Positions 16,501 through 24,007 of a DNA stretch of 24,007 nt are shown here, piece by piece; within the stretch, counting starts at the first letter, position 1; every line of letters begins with the position of its first letter. The position numbers were made by a program, and so were the translations under genes. Source of the stretch: Abditibacteriaceae bacterium (GTDB taxonomy: Bacteria > Armatimonadota > Abditibacteriia > Abditibacteriales > Abditibacteriaceae); the NCBI GenBank assembly GCA_031425655.1, contig JANPJS010000217.1, forward strand, positions 1 to 24,007. The letters run 5' to 3'. A model generated the notes under the pieces. That model was not told the DNA's origin, made no database searches, and saw only the letters and a list, made by a program, of their open reading frames with translations.

Positions 16501-17099
16501 TCGGCACGCCGGATCGCTTACGAATCACGCAACTCGATCTCGAACATCAGATGCCGCGCGGCGGCTTTTTGCGCGCTTTTGTTTTCGATAGCACCGCGCG
16601 CGATGCGCTTCTCGGCGGCGCCGACGAGTTGGGTTTTGGCGGAGGATTGCCTGCCGCCGGTGCGCCCGGTTTTGTGGTGGCGAATTGGCGCGCACGCGGC
16701 GCCGGAGCGCGCTACGAAGCGCCGCTGGGCGGCAACTGGTTTTTCGCAAGCGGCGCAGCTTATCGCCAAACCCGCGCTGACGGCACAAGCCGCGCGCCTT
16801 ACGAGCCGCGCTTTTTAGCGGACGCGGCTTTCAATTATCTATCGCCGCACGGCCATAAACTGGGCTTGGTTTTTCGGCATCGTGGCGACTTTTTCGCCGA
16901 CGAAACCGGCGTTTTTGCCGGCGCGCGACCCCGCTTTGGCGCGCAAACTTACGTGGACTTGCTGCTGGCCCACGAGCCTTCGGTGCGCGGCGAGTTTTTC
17001 GTATCGCTGACGAATTTATTCGACCGCACCGAGTTGCAATTCAACGGTTTTCCTTTGCTGGGACGGCGGTTGGTCGCGGGCTACACGCGGCGTTTTTAA
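13596..17099 (+). CDS. FecR domain + TPR repeats + TonB-dependent-receptor-like outer-membrane beta-barrel protein
   Basis: Signal peptide AHA-AP; FecR motifs GDVIGTGADGRAALLFSDG, LGVRGTE, TLTVIEGEV; long Ala-rich TPR region; C-terminal amphipathic strands with SLTNLFD...GRRLVAGYTRRF (terminal Phe). ATGA overlap with the upstream gene. Confidence 0.85.
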   Translation: MKHFAARLFCGLFFFCAVAHAAPTPPSATVRTVRGTAWRFPSGKKIPNPPALKTRESLFSGDVIGTGADGRAALLFSDGAQLRLDHNAAVEITRPETVKGRTSLFRALGGEIWARLRPGNAIRTRTVALGVRGTEILLRVAPDDGTTTLTVIEGEVDFFNEFGRVVVGPAQQSIARPGQAPTAPVTIENPAFIVEWTLDLSRAALPREKQFGNLATATKGDSFFASRRFAEALAEFDAANKIAPNPELQTRRGWALLELDRLDEAVAAFEAGGDSETAFAGRAWLELSREKPNTAETFARRAWAAAQSAQEIYEANTALGVAQLRQGKTAEATETLNAALQAARDLPKGDYQARAWLSLALLARNDRAGALREAEIAAQAAPTSPTAQSHLATVQLFTGNAREAEISARRAALLTPDAPAAQLVLAQSLLARGDADGAAQAAARAVALDDQSAPAFYLLGIADAARRDWPHAERNLQNALRLSPAFLPAASALARVYNAIGRPQRAVALLENIPQGEAPQGEIQGALGEVLYEQGNYAPAIARFGVALQAQPSSALWHDGLARALLYNNQLRAAIDAAQTAVRLAPRVGAYHATLGLAYDFSRFGSQAEREYRLALLDDPQNALALTRLAQKQAGTDLRPVASSFAQAFLNDPGIERRLLRGGVRAELDALAGTSQEAHFTHRAASDEGRFHAYGFADAINDDLNRAHSNRRLLGGGEFLTYTSGPRANYYAALNTRRSTRDLPGAQLSPDSDDRARFGYGEAQFAARRRYGRNFLWAGVRGNTSRNVTDDPDLDSFTDGISGLPVARQRFDSRAFAPEVRFDVTTSDKSQLSLGLAQTHTTFERRRDLIVPVGSSVATGSFNESNRALLGYAHWAGKVNAKFSLVAQLRWQRESRDRTLQTLVPGQAPIIGADARTRTLLLPGLLATYQMTARTALRLSHNQRPANVTEPTFLPLETLLTTQSAALPFGTPDRLRITQLDLEHQMPRGGFLRAFVFDSTARDALLGGADELGFGGGLPAAGAPGFVVANWRARGAGARYEAPLGGNWFFASGAAYRQTRADGTSRAPYEPRFLADAAFNYLSPHGHKLGLVFRHRGDFFADETGVFAGARPRFGAQTYVDLLLAHEPSVRGEFFVSLTNLFDRTELQFNGFPLLGRRLVAGYTRRF

Positions 17100-17108
17100 C
17101 TTCTCATC

Positions 17109-19085
17109 ATGCTGTCACGCGCGCGGCGCTGGATGAAAAATAAGGCGCGGCGGGGCGTGGAAGACCCGGCGAGTTTGAGCCGCGTGCGGCCTTTAACGCG
17201 GCGCCGTCGCTGGCTCAACATCGGCGCAATTTACCTCGCCACCGTTGTGTGTTGCGCCCTGCTTGATCCGCCATCCGGCGGGCATGGGGCGGGCTGGCTT
17301 TTTGACAATGGCGAGCAATATGTTCATGGCGCGCGGCTCTCGGTTTACTGGCGGCGTCACGCTGATTTAGCGAAATGGCTGCGCGAACAAATCGTTTTGG
17401 TGCCGCTTTCCGACGACACTTTCGATAAAGAATGGGGCGCGGGATTTGAAGGCCCGCCGGTGCCGCGCCGCTATCACGCCAAAGTCGTGCGCGAGTTGGA
17501 ACAAGCCGGTGTGCGCGCCATCGTCTTCGATTTGATTTTCGATCAGCCCTCGCCGGATGACGCGGTTTTCACGCGCGCTTTACAAGAATCGCACAACATT
17601 ATTTTGGGCAGCCTGATGCTTGAAGGCGAAGGCGAGCCGACTTTCTTGGCGCCCTCTAAGCCACTGCGGCGCGCGGCGCATTTAGCGCACATTCTGTCGC
17701 CGCAGGGCGCGCAGCAAATGGCCGTCGAGCGGGTGCTGGCCGTAGAAAAAACGCCCGCCGGCCCTTTGCCCGCGCTCAGTTTTCGCGCCGCTTTGGAAGC
17801 CTCCGGTTTGGGCCGCGCGCCGTTGCGCCGCACGCACGAAGGTTGGGATACCGGCAGTTTCACCTTACCTGTCAACGAAAACGGCGATTTCTTCATTACG
17901 TTCTGGGGCAAGCCGTCGGGCGCACGCACTGATGGTTTTTTCCCTTCGGTGCCTTACGAGCAGATTCATCAGGGCGCTCTGAGCGACCCGTTTTACAAAC
18001 AAAACAATTTCTTCAAAAACAAAATCGCCCTCATCGGCGACGTGACGAAATTGGGCAACGATTATCGTTTCACGCCCGCCGGCCACATGACAGGTCTGGA
18101 AATTCAGGCGCACGCGACGGCCACGGTTTTAGCGGCGATTTTGAAGCAACAGCCTTTGATTTATGAAGCGCCGCGCTGGGTGAACTTTCTGATGATCGCG
18201 CTTTTAGCGGCTTTAGCCTGCCGCTTCGCCGCGTCGTGGCGCCTGCACACCGCAACGCTGGCGCTGCTTGGCTTAGTGATCGGTTGGACGCTGCTTAACT
18301 TCTGGTTTTTCACCGATTACGGCATTTTGCTGCATTTCATCGCGCCCTGCGTGGCGGCGCCCTTAGCCACTTTAGGCATTCTAACCGAGCGCAGCCTGAC
18401 CGAAGAACGCCAGAAAAATTTCATGCGCGGCCTGCTGGGGCGTTATGTCAGCCCGCAGGTCGCGGAGTTTTTGGCCGCCGACCCCAATAATTTGCAATTG
18501 GGCGGGCAGAGCGTCACGGCAACGGTGTTGTTTTCCGATGTGCGCGGCTTCACACGGCTTTCGCGCCAGTTGCCGGCGGCGCAAATCGTGGCTTTGCTCA
18601 ACGAATATTTGCAGGCCATGACCGACATCGTTTTCGCGCACGAAGGCACTCTGGATAAATATATCGGCGACGGCCTGATGGCGGTTTTCGGCACCCCGGC
18701 GCCGCAAACCGACCACGCGCGCCGCGCCGTAGCCGCCGCCTTGGAAATGCGCGGCGCTCTGGAAGACTTGCACCAGAAATGGCGCGCTCAGGGTTTGCCG
18801 GAACTGGAAATCGGCATCGGCATCGCCACCGGCGAAATGATCGCCGGCAACATGGGCGCCCGCCAGCGTCTCGACTTTACCGTCATCGGCCCGACCGTCA
18901 ATTTGGCTTCGCGCCTCGAAAGCCTCAACAAAGAGTTGGGCACTCGTCTTTTGATTCACGAAACGACCTTTAACCACCTCAAAGATGAAATTTCAGCGCG
19001 TGGCCCGCTTTCCTCAGCGGTGCACGGTCACGACGAAGAAGAGTTGGTTTACGAAGTGCTGGGGTGGAAAGACGCGCCTTTATAA
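17109..19085 (+). CDS. CHASE2-domain membrane-bound class III adenylate cyclase
   Basis: CHASE2 motifs (PVPRRYHAKVV...AIVFDLIF...DD..F; TP.G.MTGLEIQAH), three TM helices, cyclase motifs LFSDVRGFT, DKYIGDGLMA (Lys indicates ATP specificity), GIGIATG, DFTVIGPTVNLASRLES. Confidence 0.93.
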   Translation: MLSRARRWMKNKARRGVEDPASLSRVRPLTRRRRWLNIGAIYLATVVCCALLDPPSGGHGAGWLFDNGEQYVHGARLSVYWRRHADLAKWLREQIVLVPLSDDTFDKEWGAGFEGPPVPRRYHAKVVRELEQAGVRAIVFDLIFDQPSPDDAVFTRALQESHNIILGSLMLEGEGEPTFLAPSKPLRRAAHLAHILSPQGAQQMAVERVLAVEKTPAGPLPALSFRAALEASGLGRAPLRRTHEGWDTGSFTLPVNENGDFFITFWGKPSGARTDGFFPSVPYEQIHQGALSDPFYKQNNFFKNKIALIGDVTKLGNDYRFTPAGHMTGLEIQAHATATVLAAILKQQPLIYEAPRWVNFLMIALLAALACRFAASWRLHTATLALLGLVIGWTLLNFWFFTDYGILLHFIAPCVAAPLATLGILTERSLTEERQKNFMRGLLGRYVSPQVAEFLAADPNNLQLGGQSVTATVLFSDVRGFTRLSRQLPAAQIVALLNEYLQAMTDIVFAHEGTLDKYIGDGLMAVFGTPAPQTDHARRAVAAALEMRGALEDLHQKWRAQGLPELEIGIGIATGEMIAGNMGARQRLDFTVIGPTVNLASRLESLNKELGTRLLIHETTFNHLKDEISARGPLSSAVHGHDEEELVYEVLGWKDAPL

Positions 19086-19109
19086 ATAGGCACCCGTCGC
19101 ACTTTGCTA

Positions 19110-19138
19110 TTGCGCGGGGGACGTTTTCCCATTATAAT
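19110..19138 (+). promoter_or_regulatory. Sigma70-type promoter of tRNA-Ala
   Basis: TTGCGC (19110-19115), 17-nt spacer, TATAAT (19133-19138). Confidence 0.7.
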
Positions 19139-19162
19139 TTCCCCCGTAGAAACCCGTTTTTC

Positions 19163-19235
19163 GGGGCTATAGCTCAGATGGGAGAGCGCCTCGTTCGCAA
19201 TGAGGAGGTCAAGGGTTCGATTCCCTTTAGCTCCA
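19163..19235 (+). tRNA. tRNA-Ala(CGC), canonical 7/5 cloverleaf, CCA not encoded
   Basis: GGGGCTA-TA-GCTC(AGATGGGA)GAGC-G-CCTCG(TT CGC AA)TGAGG-AGGTC-AAGGG(TTCGATT)CCCTT-TAGCTCC-A; G3:U70 present. Confidence 0.97.
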
Positions 19236-19251
19236 TAAATTAGACTTGACC

Positions 19252-19291
19252 AACAAAAACCACGCATATTCAATGCGTGGTTTTTGTTTTT
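19252..19291. terminator. Bidirectional rho-independent terminator
   Basis: AACAAAAACCACGCAT-attca-ATGCGTGGTTTTTGTT, a 16-bp stem between tRNA-Ala and the convergent hydrolase gene. Confidence 0.88.
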
Positions 19292-19297
19292 GTGGCA

Positions 19298-22200
19298 TCA
19301 ATTCGCCAGCGTGACGGTGCCCCACGAAGCGGGCTGCGTGGCGGCTTCGGATTTCGGCTGCGTCCAAAAAACTTCGCGGTCTTGAGGCGTGCCTTTAACC
19401 GAGAGATTCAAATTCAGGCCCAGTTTTGCTCCCGGCGTCGGCTTGAAATCCTTGATCATCGCCGCTGGAATCAAGCATTCCATGACGTAACCGCCGTTTT
19501 TGCGAAGCGCCGCGCTTTGGATGCCTGCTAAATCGAATCGCGTTTCGGGAATTTCCGCGTTGCGCTTCCATTGTCCGACGTAAACGCGCTTTTGCTCGAC
19601 TTGCGGCGCCAGCCAGAACTGATGATCGCCCGGCTCGTATTGGCGCGGCGTTTTGTTGTCGCGCGTGTCTACGAACAATTCCAAAACATCGCCCATCCAG
19701 AAACTGCGCGGGTCGGGAACGAGAGCTTTGGAATCTTGAACCTGCAAAGCGACGTGCAATCCCTGATTCGACCACGCCAAATTAATATCGGCGTTAGCCG
19801 TGCCCCACGTCGAACCCAGCACCCAGCCGGGCAATTTGGTTTTGGCCGGCCAGTCTTTCAAATCGCCGTCCATGACTAAATTCGGCGCGCTATAAATCGT
19901 CAGACGGCTGGGAATCAGAGGCTGCTCTGCCGTGCGGCCATCGGCGCTTTTGTATTCGACCCCTGCGGATTCGCCTTCTTTCCAGTTCGGCGTCCACTGC
20001 ACTTTGGCCTGCACATCGCGCACTTCCATTGGTTTGAGGGCTTCGACTTTGATTTCCGGCGTTTGCGTGCTCCACGAAGCCGGTAATTTGAAGCGCAAGG
20101 TGCCATCCAATGGCTGCGCCGAGCGATTGCTGAGGCGAATTGTGACATCGCCGTTGCCCGGCTCACCTTTGAGGCCGCGCACCGACATCACAATCGGACG
20201 CTGAATCTGCACGCGAATGGGAATCGAGTGCAAAGGCTCGCCTTCGCTAATCGCCAATCGCACCGTTTTTTCGCCTAACGGTTCTTCGGTGCCGACGCGA
20301 AAAGTCAGGGGAATCGTCGCGGTTTTGCCGCTTTCGACTGCGATATTCGTCTCGCCGCCGGCCTCCGTCCAACCTGCGGGCACTTGCAAGCGCACTTTGC
20401 CGCCAATGGCCGATGGGCGCGCGTTTTTCACTTGCAAATTGGCCGCGACCGAATCGCCCGCCGTGACCGAAACCAAATAGGGCGTTTCGAGACTGTAAGC
20501 CGCTTGGCGAAACCAGCGGCTGTTTTCAGAAATTCCAACTGCGAAAACCGGCTCCATGCCTAATTCGACCGTGGTTTTTTCCAAAGAATTGGCAAAGGAG
20601 TCATAAACTTTGGCATTCTCGAAATTGACGCTTGGCCCTTTTTTGCCGTCTAAAGTCCACAGCGCGGCGACGAGTTTGCCTTCGTTGCGAAACACGTAGC
20701 CATGCGTGTTTTCGCCCGCGTTGATGGTGCCGATGTATTGCGGCTTCGGCAGAATTTGCGTCAGCCCGGCGAAAGCGGCGTAAGACAATTTAGGCAACTG
20801 CTCGTGCGTGAAAAGGCCGCAGCCATCGAAGAATTGGTTGGCTTTTGCGGCATCTAAATCGAAAAACCAGAAGCCTTTTTCGGTTCCCGCCGCCGCCAGC
20901 ATCATAAAAGCGCGCTGCAGATAGGCCGCCTGCTCGACGGGCGTCACGATGGGGCCGGCTTTAGTGTCCCAGCCGAACTCGGTCAGCCAGTGTTGGCGAG
21001 GCTTGCCGTCGCTCGCAGCGACTTTTTTCGCGGCGCGCAGTTGATCGAAAAAGCTCAGCACATTTTCGTCGCCGGAAAAGCCCATGTTGTGATTGATGAC
21101 ATTGGTTTCGGGCGCATCAGTTCCCGCATAATGATGACTGTTGACGACATCAATGGCCGCGAAATCGCCGCTTTGCACCATGCGGCGCAAGCGTTCGGGC
21201 CAAATTCCGGCGCGCCCGTTTTCGACCGCTTTAAACTGCCCTCCGCCGAGCAAACGCGCGATTTCGCCGAATTTCTTGTGATAATTGCCGTAGTTTTTCC
21301 AGCCGATAGATTCTTCGGCTTTAGCGTTGGCCGCGTTCAAATCGTATTCGTTGTCCAGCTCGAAATAGCGCAGCGCGGGAAACGCCATCTGAATGCCGGC
21401 AATTTCGCGCACCCAGTTCAAATCCGGCTCAGTTCCGGCGCCCGGTGGCTTGAGGGCACCGGCGAGGTTTGCCAAAATGCGGGCGCCGTTGTCCTCGTAT
21501 TTCCGCACGATTTTGGGATACCACGGCCATCCGCCGTAGCTTTTATCGGCGCCTTTGGCGCGCACCATCCACTCGTAATTGAAGCCGTAATCGCGGAACC
21601 AGACAATGCCGGCTTTGCGAAATTCGGACAGCAGCACGGCGCCACCCGAATGCACGTTCAGGCCATAAGGCGAAGCCTCTTTTTCCGCGTCGCTCAATTC
21701 GCGCGCGACGGGAATCACGGCGAAGGGCTGCGACGAAGTGGTCTTTTTTCCATCGGCCCACGCGATAGTCGAATCAAGGCGATAAACCCCGAATTTCGGC
21801 GTGTCCAACGGCAGCGAAAGCGAGAGATTATCTTCGACTTTAACGTCTTGCTCGCCGCTTTTGAGGACGTTGTTTTGCGCGTCGAAAACCTTCCATCCAA
21901 CCGCGCCGTTGGCCGCTGCGGGTCGCCAATTTTGCGCCGTTAAGACGAACTGCGGCTTCACGCCGGAAAAGACGTTGTGCAACTCGGTTCCGGCGAGGCT
22001 GACTTTCAAAAGAGGCGTAACCGGCGCGGTTTGCGGCAGATTTTTGGCCGGCGCCGGGTCGGCGGGCGAAACCGGCGTGGCGGCTTTCCACGTCTTGAGA
22101 ATGCCGGTTTCATTGTCCACGTCGGCAATATCGGTTTCGACTTCGAGTTGGTCGAGGCTCAAAAGCGCGCTTGCTTTTTGGTTCTGGATTTCCCAGTTAT

Positions 22201-22687
22201 GCACCAGCACGCCATCAATGCTAAGAGGCTGCACCCACGTTGGCGGGACGGCGAACGTCATCTTTTTCCAGGTGCCGTCGGCGCCTTTGGTGATGTTCCA
22301 ATCCAGCTTTTGACCGCCCGCTTCACTGCGTCCCCAGCCGTCTTTGAATTGCAAAACCCAACCATATTTGGCATCGGCACGAACCCAGAGCGAAACCGTT
22401 TTGGTCACGCCGGGAATGACGAGTGGCTGCGCCGGAGCGCCTTTGAAAAACTCGAAACCTTTGCCGGAAAAGTTCGCTTCAAAATCGAGCGAACTCTTCG
22501 ATTTGGCGGCCAATTCCGCTGCGACGTTGCCCGAAAGCTTGGTGCTACCGCCAGCGCTGCTGTCATCGGCGCCGCGCCACGATGCGCTTTCAAACGGCTC
22601 GGCGGTTTTCTGCACGACGATTTGTGATTGTGCCACCGGGCACAGAACGGCTAAGCAGCCAAAAACAAGGTTACACAGTGTTTTCAT
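19298..22687 (-). CDS. Large secreted clan GH-A (GH39-like) glycoside hydrolase with NEW3/NPCBM-associated-like and C-terminal CBM9-like domains
   Basis: Signal peptide; YFELDNEYD (acid/base), DVVNSHHY, HWLTEFGWDT (nucleophile), PKLSYAAF; two L.(V/L)PA.W Ig-like repeats; C-terminal MDGDLKDW...LAWS...GDVLELFVD...GYVMECLIP. Confidence 0.78.
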   Translation of the reverse strand: MKTLCNLVFGCLAVLCPVAQSQIVVQKTAEPFESASWRGADDSSAGGSTKLSGNVAAELAAKSKSSLDFEANFSGKGFEFFKGAPAQPLVIPGVTKTVSLWVRADAKYGWVLQFKDGWGRSEAGGQKLDWNITKGADGTWKKMTFAVPPTWVQPLSIDGVLVHNWEIQNQKASALLSLDQLEVETDIADVDNETGILKTWKAATPVSPADPAPAKNLPQTAPVTPLLKVSLAGTELHNVFSGVKPQFVLTAQNWRPAAANGAVGWKVFDAQNNVLKSGEQDVKVEDNLSLSLPLDTPKFGVYRLDSTIAWADGKKTTSSQPFAVIPVARELSDAEKEASPYGLNVHSGGAVLLSEFRKAGIVWFRDYGFNYEWMVRAKGADKSYGGWPWYPKIVRKYEDNGARILANLAGALKPPGAGTEPDLNWVREIAGIQMAFPALRYFELDNEYDLNAANAKAEESIGWKNYGNYHKKFGEIARLLGGGQFKAVENGRAGIWPERLRRMVQSGDFAAIDVVNSHHYAGTDAPETNVINHNMGFSGDENVLSFFDQLRAAKKVAASDGKPRQHWLTEFGWDTKAGPIVTPVEQAAYLQRAFMMLAAAGTEKGFWFFDLDAAKANQFFDGCGLFTHEQLPKLSYAAFAGLTQILPKPQYIGTINAGENTHGYVFRNEGKLVAALWTLDGKKGPSVNFENAKVYDSFANSLEKTTVELGMEPVFAVGISENSRWFRQAAYSLETPYLVSVTAGDSVAANLQVKNARPSAIGGKVRLQVPAGWTEAGGETNIAVESGKTATIPLTFRVGTEEPLGEKTVRLAISEGEPLHSIPIRVQIQRPIVMSVRGLKGEPGNGDVTIRLSNRSAQPLDGTLRFKLPASWSTQTPEIKVEALKPMEVRDVQAKVQWTPNWKEGESAGVEYKSADGRTAEQPLIPSRLTIYSAPNLVMDGDLKDWPAKTKLPGWVLGSTWGTANADINLAWSNQGLHVALQVQDSKALVPDPRSFWMGDVLELFVDTRDNKTPRQYEPGDHQFWLAPQVEQKRVYVGQWKRNAEIPETRFDLAGIQSAALRKNGGYVMECLIPAAMIKDFKPTPGAKLGLNLNLSVKGTPQDREVFWTQPKSEAATQPASWGTVTLAN

Positions 22688-22847
22688 GGAAGTCTCTTTT
22701 CAATCTGAGCAGCGATGGTTCACGCTGGCCTTTGCAGCCTCGCATCCAAAATCGCGGCGAATCGCCCCGCTCCGTGTCAACTCTAATAATGCGAAAAACG
22801 CGGCTCGGAATCAATCGGAAACGCGCCGTGCGAGCTTCTGAGCAATT

Positions 22848-23891
22848 ATGATGACCAAACGCAAATTTCTCTCGCTGTGCGGCGCCGTCGTCGCTTTTTC
22901 CACGTTGCCTATCCTGCCGGGCCACGCGCAAGACGCCAAAGTCGGCAGCACGCGCGTCGCGCGCTGGAAAGACGACAAAAAGGCCGCTTTTCTCTTGATG
23001 TTCGACGACGGCTGGCCCAGCCATTGGCAGGTGGCGCTGCCGGAGCTTTTGAAACGCCGGATGACGGCCACGTTTTACATTGTGCCGAATAAAGGCGAAT
23101 TCAAGAAGTTTGAGAAAACGTGGCGTGAGCAATTTTTGCAACAAGGCATGGCGCTGGCGAACCATACACTCACGCACGACGGCCTGCAAAGTCTGGAAGA
23201 CGCCGAGCGAGAATTCACCGATTGCACGGTCTACATCAACGCTTTAATCAGCGAAGTGAGCAAAAGCAAAGAGCCGCGTCTGCTTTCTTACGGTCAGCCG
23301 GGCGTGACCGATTGGAAAATTACGAAGGAGCAGGAAAAAGAGCTAATTGCCAAAAACCGTCTCATCGAACGCCCGACTTTTGTGGGCCACGGCGTCAATT
23401 ATCATCTGAAAACAATGGAAGAAATGTTGGCCTTAGCCGACAAAGCCATTGCGAATGGCGGCATGGAATATCTGGTGATTCACGGCGTCGAGCGCATTGT
23501 GCCCGACTGGAAGTATCAGGATATGTGGGCGTTCAAGCAAAGCGTATTTCTGCCGCTACTGGACGCTTTAGCCGAGCGGCGCGAACGGGGCGATTTGTGG
23601 ATCACCGACCATATTTCGCAGCACAAATACGAAACCGAACGCAGCAGCGCCGAAGTCAAATTATTGGAAGCCACAGGCCAACGCTTGCTGCTGGAATTGA
23701 CCAGCAAAGCCGACGCGCAGCTTTACGATTTTCCCCTCACGCTGATTACGCAGGTGCCGGCAAAATGGCAGCAATGTCAGGTGACGCAAGGCGCCCGCAA
23801 AAGCGTGGTTACCGCGCTCAAAGGCGCTCTCCAATTCGAGGCCTTGCCCGGCGACGAGCCGATTGTCATTGAGCCGGTAGGCGATAAGTAA
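22848..23891 (+). CDS. Exported polysaccharide deacetylase (NodB / CE4-like)
   Basis: VARWKDDKKAAFLLMFDDG, ATFYIVP, LANHTLTH, LVIHGV; C-terminal YDFPLTL...VPAKW...VTQG; N-terminal signal peptide. Confidence 0.85.
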   Translation: MMTKRKFLSLCGAVVAFSTLPILPGHAQDAKVGSTRVARWKDDKKAAFLLMFDDGWPSHWQVALPELLKRRMTATFYIVPNKGEFKKFEKTWREQFLQQGMALANHTLTHDGLQSLEDAEREFTDCTVYINALISEVSKSKEPRLLSYGQPGVTDWKITKEQEKELIAKNRLIERPTFVGHGVNYHLKTMEEMLALADKAIANGGMEYLVIHGVERIVPDWKYQDMWAFKQSVFLPLLDALAERRERGDLWITDHISQHKYETERSSAEVKLLEATGQRLLLELTSKADAQLYDFPLTLITQVPAKWQQCQVTQGARKSVVTALKGALQFEALPGDEPIVIEPVGDK

Positions 23892-23907
23892 CCGGGAGAA
23901 CGATAAA

Positions 23908-24007
23908 CGGGAAGGCGGAAAGGGCGGCAAGACGGGAAGAAATTAAGTTGTGTTTTTTGGAATTTTTGGTTCCATCACCACATTCCAATTCTTCCCGTCT
24001 TCCCGCC
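23908..24007. repeat. REP-like inverted repeat, running off the window end
   Basis: GGCGGCAAGACGGGAAGAA (23923-23941) matches the reverse complement of TTCTTCCCGTCTTCCCGCC (23989-24007) at 18/19; degenerate tandem CGGGAAGR units. Confidence 0.6.

Noticed and set aside
19049..19273. 74-aa minus-strand ORF
   Set aside because: Antisense translation of tRNA-Ala (GAKGNRTLDLLIANEALSHLSYSP is a typical tRNA shadow).
19163..19298. tRNA-Ala as the integration site of a genomic island
   Set aside because: No integrase and no duplicated tRNA 3' end seen in the window; a terminator follows directly.
2741..23930. Numerous Arg/Ala-rich alternative-frame and antisense ORFs (for example 3579-4265, 13850-14476, 20990-21943)
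   Set aside because: They lie within well-supported genes, lack recognisable motifs and are expected shadows in high-GC DNA.

Overview
GC-rich bacterial window. The gene content (DUF1559/H-X9-DG prepilin-like protein, large secreted glycoside hydrolases, ispH) is typical of Armatimonadota/Abditibacteriota; this is inference, not a search result. From left to right: the 3' end of an agmatine/peptidyl-arginine deiminase-family gene, yqeY, an atypical Zn-finger SDR oxidoreductase, a GH106-like gene coupled to a Gfo/Idh/MocA gene, a CrtD-like desaturase, a MITE-like element, a DUF1559 gene, ispH, a four-gene envelope signalling cluster (secreted beta-helix protein, TolB-like lipoprotein, FecR-TPR-beta-barrel receptor, CHASE2 adenylate cyclase), tRNA-Ala(CGC), a large clan GH-A hydrolase and a polysaccharide deacetylase. 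The main finding is absent from the ORF track: a minus-strand array at 2294-2635 of four tandem non-canonical tRNA-like RNAs. All four have an 8-bp acceptor stem plus a 5-bp T stem (tRNA-Sec-like 8/5 geometry), an all-purine AAGGGAA D-loop and compensatory stem changes. The array has its own sigma70-type promoter and ends 8 nt before the ATG of the SDR gene, which suggests an RNA-plus-enzyme system. All structures were folded by hand and no database searches were run.
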